From assembly GCA_048213135.1 (NCBI GenBank), contig PS015092.1, positions 136,053-176,869 of the forward strand: 40,817 nt of DNA. Direction: 5' to 3'. The DNA is from Reclinomonas americana ATCC 50394 (taxonomy: Eukaryota). Shown here piece by piece: positions 36,483 through 40,817 of this stretch; position 1 is the first letter of the stretch, and every line of letters starts with the position of its first letter. The notes under the pieces are model-generated. The model searched no databases and was not told where the DNA came from. It saw nothing but the letters and a program-made list of their open reading frames with translations. Both the position numbers and the translations under genes were made by a program.

Positions 36483-39400
36483 ATGAGCGAACCCTCGACC
36501 CTCTCCGACACCATCTCATCCCGTCTGCACGGCCTCACGCCTTCCATCACCGAGGCCCTCGCTTCCACACTCAAAACACTGCATGGTTTGTCACTCTCTC
36601 TCTCTCTCACTCACTCTTGTCACCACTCTCTCTCTCTCTCGCTTGCGCGCTCACCAACACACACACACACACATCCCATTGCAGCACAAGCTGTGAGCCG
36701 ACAACAAAGACTCGACAGCAGAGTCATCTCTGAAAACGATGATGGTGTGTGTGAGCGCGCGAAACCTCTCAATGCATCATTTTTTGTTCTCACTCACTGT
36801 CTCTCTCCTCACACACGCACACACACACTCAGAGCTCCGCACATTGGAGTCGCTTGGTCGCTTGCTACAGTCACCCGTGGCACTCTCCTCCGAAGAGCTG
36901 CTCCTGGTGCTCTCATGCATCCTGTGCCTCGTCTATCGTTACGTGCTGATTCTCACTCTCTCCCTACTTGCACTCTCTCTCTTACCCTCACTCTCTCACG
37001 TCTCGTGCAGGCAACCTGCCCTTGCGACTCACCACACACTCTCTGCTGGAGTCTGTCATTCACCTGGCGCGTTCCTCGGCCTCCTCAGTGACCGTTCGCG
37101 CGCGCGCCACCATGCTCATTCGCAACCTCGTCTGCGGTGAGCAAGAACACTACCACTCACTCCCTCCCTCCCTTTCTCTCCTCTTGTGCCTCACGTAGTC
37201 GTGTCACAGGATCGCGAGCGGCACAGGATCAAGTGCAGGCGCTGGGCGCAGTGTCGGATCTGTGTGCGCAGCTGGACGCCGCACGAGAGGCACGCGACTC
37301 TGTTCTGTGTCACGTCACAGTGGCAGCGTTGCGCAACGTGGTGTGGAGTTGCGTGATGCATGTGGGAGATGCAGTGGATGCCTTTGTTGGTGCTCACACC
37401 GACGTGGGCGACAGGGCACGAGCGTTCGCAGGCGGATGTGATGTCGCGCGGCTCGGCCACGCTGTTGGCGATCCAGCAACTCGCGCAGTCGGCTGAGGAT
37501 GCGTCGACGCGCTTCGAGGCCTGGGCACTCCTGTGCAACCTGGTTGAGGGCAACGAGACGTGTGCGCGGCGACTGGCGGGCAGTGGCGTCGAGGCTGCCG
37601 CCGTGGCCGACGGGAGTGACATGGCACAGCGATTTGTGTGCTTCCTGGCAGGTTTGCGTGTGGTTTGCCTCGCTGGCGCGAAGATGGCTCTTCGTTCACT
37701 GTTTCTTTTTTGGTGGCAGCATCCAACCCCGGTCTAGCAGCTGAAGATGCCAGCGTGACTGCGTCGCCGGAATCGGTATGCTTCTTCTTCTCGCTGTCGG
37801 CCTGCGACGCACTGCTGACCTGGTCGCTGACTCACAGAGGCCTTCTTCAATTCGTGAAGAATCAAAGTCGGCGAACGCGCAAGTTGCCCAGATGTTGCTG
37901 GCACTCGGCGCCAAAGGAACTTCGACCAGTGTTACTCCGACAGTGGAGGCAAGTGGGGCGGGCGCACTCGCTGCTGGCGCCCGGCCAGCATCGAGACCAC
38001 AGGCTGCCGGAAATCCATTTGCTGCCGGTGCCAAATCAGTGTCAGCCAGTGCTCCAATTGCTGGTAATCCATTTGCTGCGAAGCCAGCACCGGCAGCAGC
38101 AGCAGCAGCGAGTGTTGTCAACCCGTTTGCTGCCGGTGGCAAGTCAACGGCCGCATCGACAGCTGGCTCCTTTGCATTCGGCTCGAAACCAGCAGCACCA
38201 GCTTCAGCTGCACCGATTGCACCGGCAGCGTCGAGTGCGGCGAGCGCTGGCGGCTCCTTCCCATTCGGCTCGAAACCAGCAGCACCAGCTTCAGCTGCAC
38301 CGATTGCGCCCGTAGCCTCAAGTGCGGCGAGTGCTGGCGGCTCCTTCCCGTTCGGATCGAAGCCAGCAGCGCCTGCTGCAGCGGCACCGATTGCACCGGC
38401 AGCATCGAGTGCGGCGAATACGGGTGGCGCATTTGCATTTGGCTCGAAACCAGCAGCACCAGCTCCTGCTGCACCGGTTGCACCAGCGGCATCGAGTGCG
38501 GCGAGTGCGGGTGGCTCGTTCGCATTCGGATCGAAACCAGCAGCACCAGTACCAGCAGCATTGATTGTACCGGCAGCGCCTGCTTCAGCTGCGCCGGTTG
38601 CGCCAGCAGCATCGAGTGCGGCGAGTGCAGGCAGTGGCTTCCCATTCGGATCGAAGCCAGCAGCACCAGCAGCATCGAGTGCGGCGAGTGCGACTGGCTC
38701 CTTCCCATTTGGATCGAAGCCAGCAGCACCAACTTCAGCCGCGCCGGTTGCACCAGCAGCATCGAGCGCGTCGAGTGCAGGCGTCTCTGTCCCATTCGGC
38801 TCGAAGCCAGCAGCACCAGCTCCAGCAGCGCCGGCTGCACCGGCTGCATCGAGTGCGGCGAGTGCAGGCAGTGGCTTCCCATTCGGATCGAAGCCAGCAG
38901 CACCAGCAGCACCGGTTGCACCAACAGCGTCGAGTGCGGCAAGTGCCGGTGGTTCATTCCCATTCGGCTCGAAGCCAGCAGCACCTGCTCCAACTGCACC
39001 GGTTGCACCAGCAGCATCGAGTGCGGTGAGTGCAGGTGGCTCGTTCCCGTTCGGATCGAAACCAGCAGCACCTGCTGCAGCACTGCCGATTGTATCAGCA
39101 ATATCGAGTGCAGCGAGTGCAGGCGGCTCATTCCCTTTCGGATCGAAACCAGCAGCACCAGCTTCAGCGGCACCGATTGCACCAGCAGCATCGAGTGCGG
39201 CGAGTGCGGGTGGCGCATTTGCATTTGGCTCGAAACCAGCAGCACCTGCTCCAACCGCACCAAGTGCACCGGCAGCATCGAGTGCGGCGAGTGCAGGTGG
39301 CACATTTGCGTTCGGATCGAAAGCAGCAGCACCAGCTGCAGCGGCACCGATTGCACCAGCAGCATCGAGTGCGGCGAGTGCTGGCGGCTCCTTCCCATTC

Positions 39401-40572
39401 GGCTCGAAGCCAGCAGCACCAGCTTCAGCGGCACCGGCATCGAGTGCGGCGAGTGCGGGTGGCTCATTCGCATTCGGATCGAAACCAGCAGCACCAGCAG
39501 CATCGATTGCACCAGCAGCATCGAGTGCGGCGAGTGCGACTGGCTCCTTCCCATTTGGATCGAAGCCAGCAGCACCAGCTTCTGCTTCACCGAGTGCTCC
39601 AGCAGCATCGAGTGCGGCGAGTGCCGCTGGTTCATTCCCTTTCGGCTCGAAAGCAGCAGCACCAGCTGCCGCACCGACTGCACCGGCAGCATCGAGTGCT
39701 GCGAGTGCAGGTGGCACATTCGCGTTCGGATCGAAAGCAGCGGGTGCTTCGAATGCCGCGGCTGTGAGCAATCCTTTCGCTGCCGGTGCCAGATCAACTA
39801 CAGCACCGTCTGCGTCTCTCCTGGCAGCCGCATCTGCACCCAGTGCTGGTTCCATACTGCCCGCCTCGTTCGGTTCTCGACCGGCCGCCGAGAGTTCAGT
39901 GGCGTCGGCGGAGACCACAGACTCATCGACCGTTACGCCGCCGTCTGCCTCGGCTGCCATGTCGGCGTCCAGTCCATTTGGCGTTGTCGGCGCCAGCTCC
40001 ACCGCCTCCAGTGCACCCTTCGGTCTCTCGTCGTCACCAGTGTCGGGTTCCAAGCCGGCGTTCAAGTTGTCGCTGGCGGGATCGTCGTCGTCAGCGACGG
40101 CTGCAAGTCAGCCGCGAATCGCGTTTTCGTTGCCAAAGCCTCCCACAGCAGGTATGTGTACACTTCGGCTGTGTATTCCCAGTCACATTGCTCACTGCCG
40201 TACACTGACAGGAACTCAAGCCTCCGCTGCTGCTGCTGCTACCGCGGCATCCGGCTCTCGCTTCGGCGGCACAGTCTTCCCCGCACAGCCACTGGGTTCA
40301 TGTTGCGTTTCTTCCCCCGCTGCCATCGCCCCTCCACCGCTCTCACTCTCTTCCACCGCAACGCAGCAACGCACGCAACCTCCGCATCGATATTCACCGG
40401 TCGCGGTGCGGTCGAAGGTTCGAGAGCGCCCGCCCCCACCGCCACAGGCCAACAGCGCACGCACGCTGACGCACCCCCCTCCGGTCGCATTCCTCCTGCA
40501 CAGGCCTCCTCTACCGACTCACCTTCTGCATCGACCACCGACGCTTCCAACGGAGACGGCGACCATCAGTGA
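36483..40572 (+). CDS. Nucleoporin-like protein: N-terminal ARM/HEAT-like helical region followed by ~19 FxFG repeats (SFPFGSKPAAP) and NPF motifs
   Basis: It starts MSEPSTLSDTISSRL. ARM-like segments include ATMLIRNLVC, AALRNVVW and EAWALLCNLVEGNETCARRL. The large exon 37838-40151 carries regular (S/A/T/G)F(P/A)FGSK(P/A) repeats. The stop is at 40572. Confidence 0.72.
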
Positions 40573-40817
40573 GAACTGCGCCCGCGATGCTCATCACTAC
40601 TGCAATTGCCACTGCGCTCGTAATCAGTCTTGCGCGTCGTGCAGGCCGCTACAACACGCTTCTCTTGTGCCACATGCTGCGGTGGCGATGCCTTGAGCGC
40701 AATTGAAGTGAACTGCGCCCGCGATGTTTATCACTACTGCAATTGCCACCGCGCTCGTAATCAGTCTTGCGCGTCGTGCAGGCCGCTACAACACGCTTCC
40801 CTCGTGCCACATGCATG
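40573..40817. repeat. Two-copy tandem repeat, period ~137 bp, immediately after the stop codon
   Basis: gaactgcgcccgcgatg..tcactactgcaattgccac..gctcgtaatcagtcttgcgcgtcgtgcaggccgctacaacacgctt occurs at 40573 and 40710. Confidence 0.9.

Overview
This is compact, GC-rich, intron-containing eukaryotic (protist-like) genomic DNA from a gappy draft scaffold, with many N-gaps flanked by (CT)n/(GA)n and TACG-type noise. I cannot identify the organism. Manual splicing gives ten genes or gene fragments. They are: a ~2380-aa GPI-anchored FN3 surface protein, an anoctamin/TMEM16, a histidine-phosphatase (PGM-like) gene, a TMEM218-like ciliary membrane protein, a galactokinase-family GHMP kinase, a possible mS26-like 3' fragment, a large Pro/Gln/Ser-rich protein, three tandem paralogues of a secreted laminin-EGF repeat protein (counted once), an ARM-like + FxFG-repeat nucleoporin-like protein, and exons sitting on three small contigs that appear flipped. 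The main signal concerns splicing. Of roughly 60 inferred introns, 17 need the 5' splice site GTTGCG, and 6 more use GTT-initiated variants. These look like the ordinary consensus shifted by one base (G at +6, not +5), and none has an exonic -1 G, whereas ordinary donors here nearly always do. This suggests a genome-wide second class of 'shifted' 5' splice sites. All gene models are inferred by eye, without transcript data.
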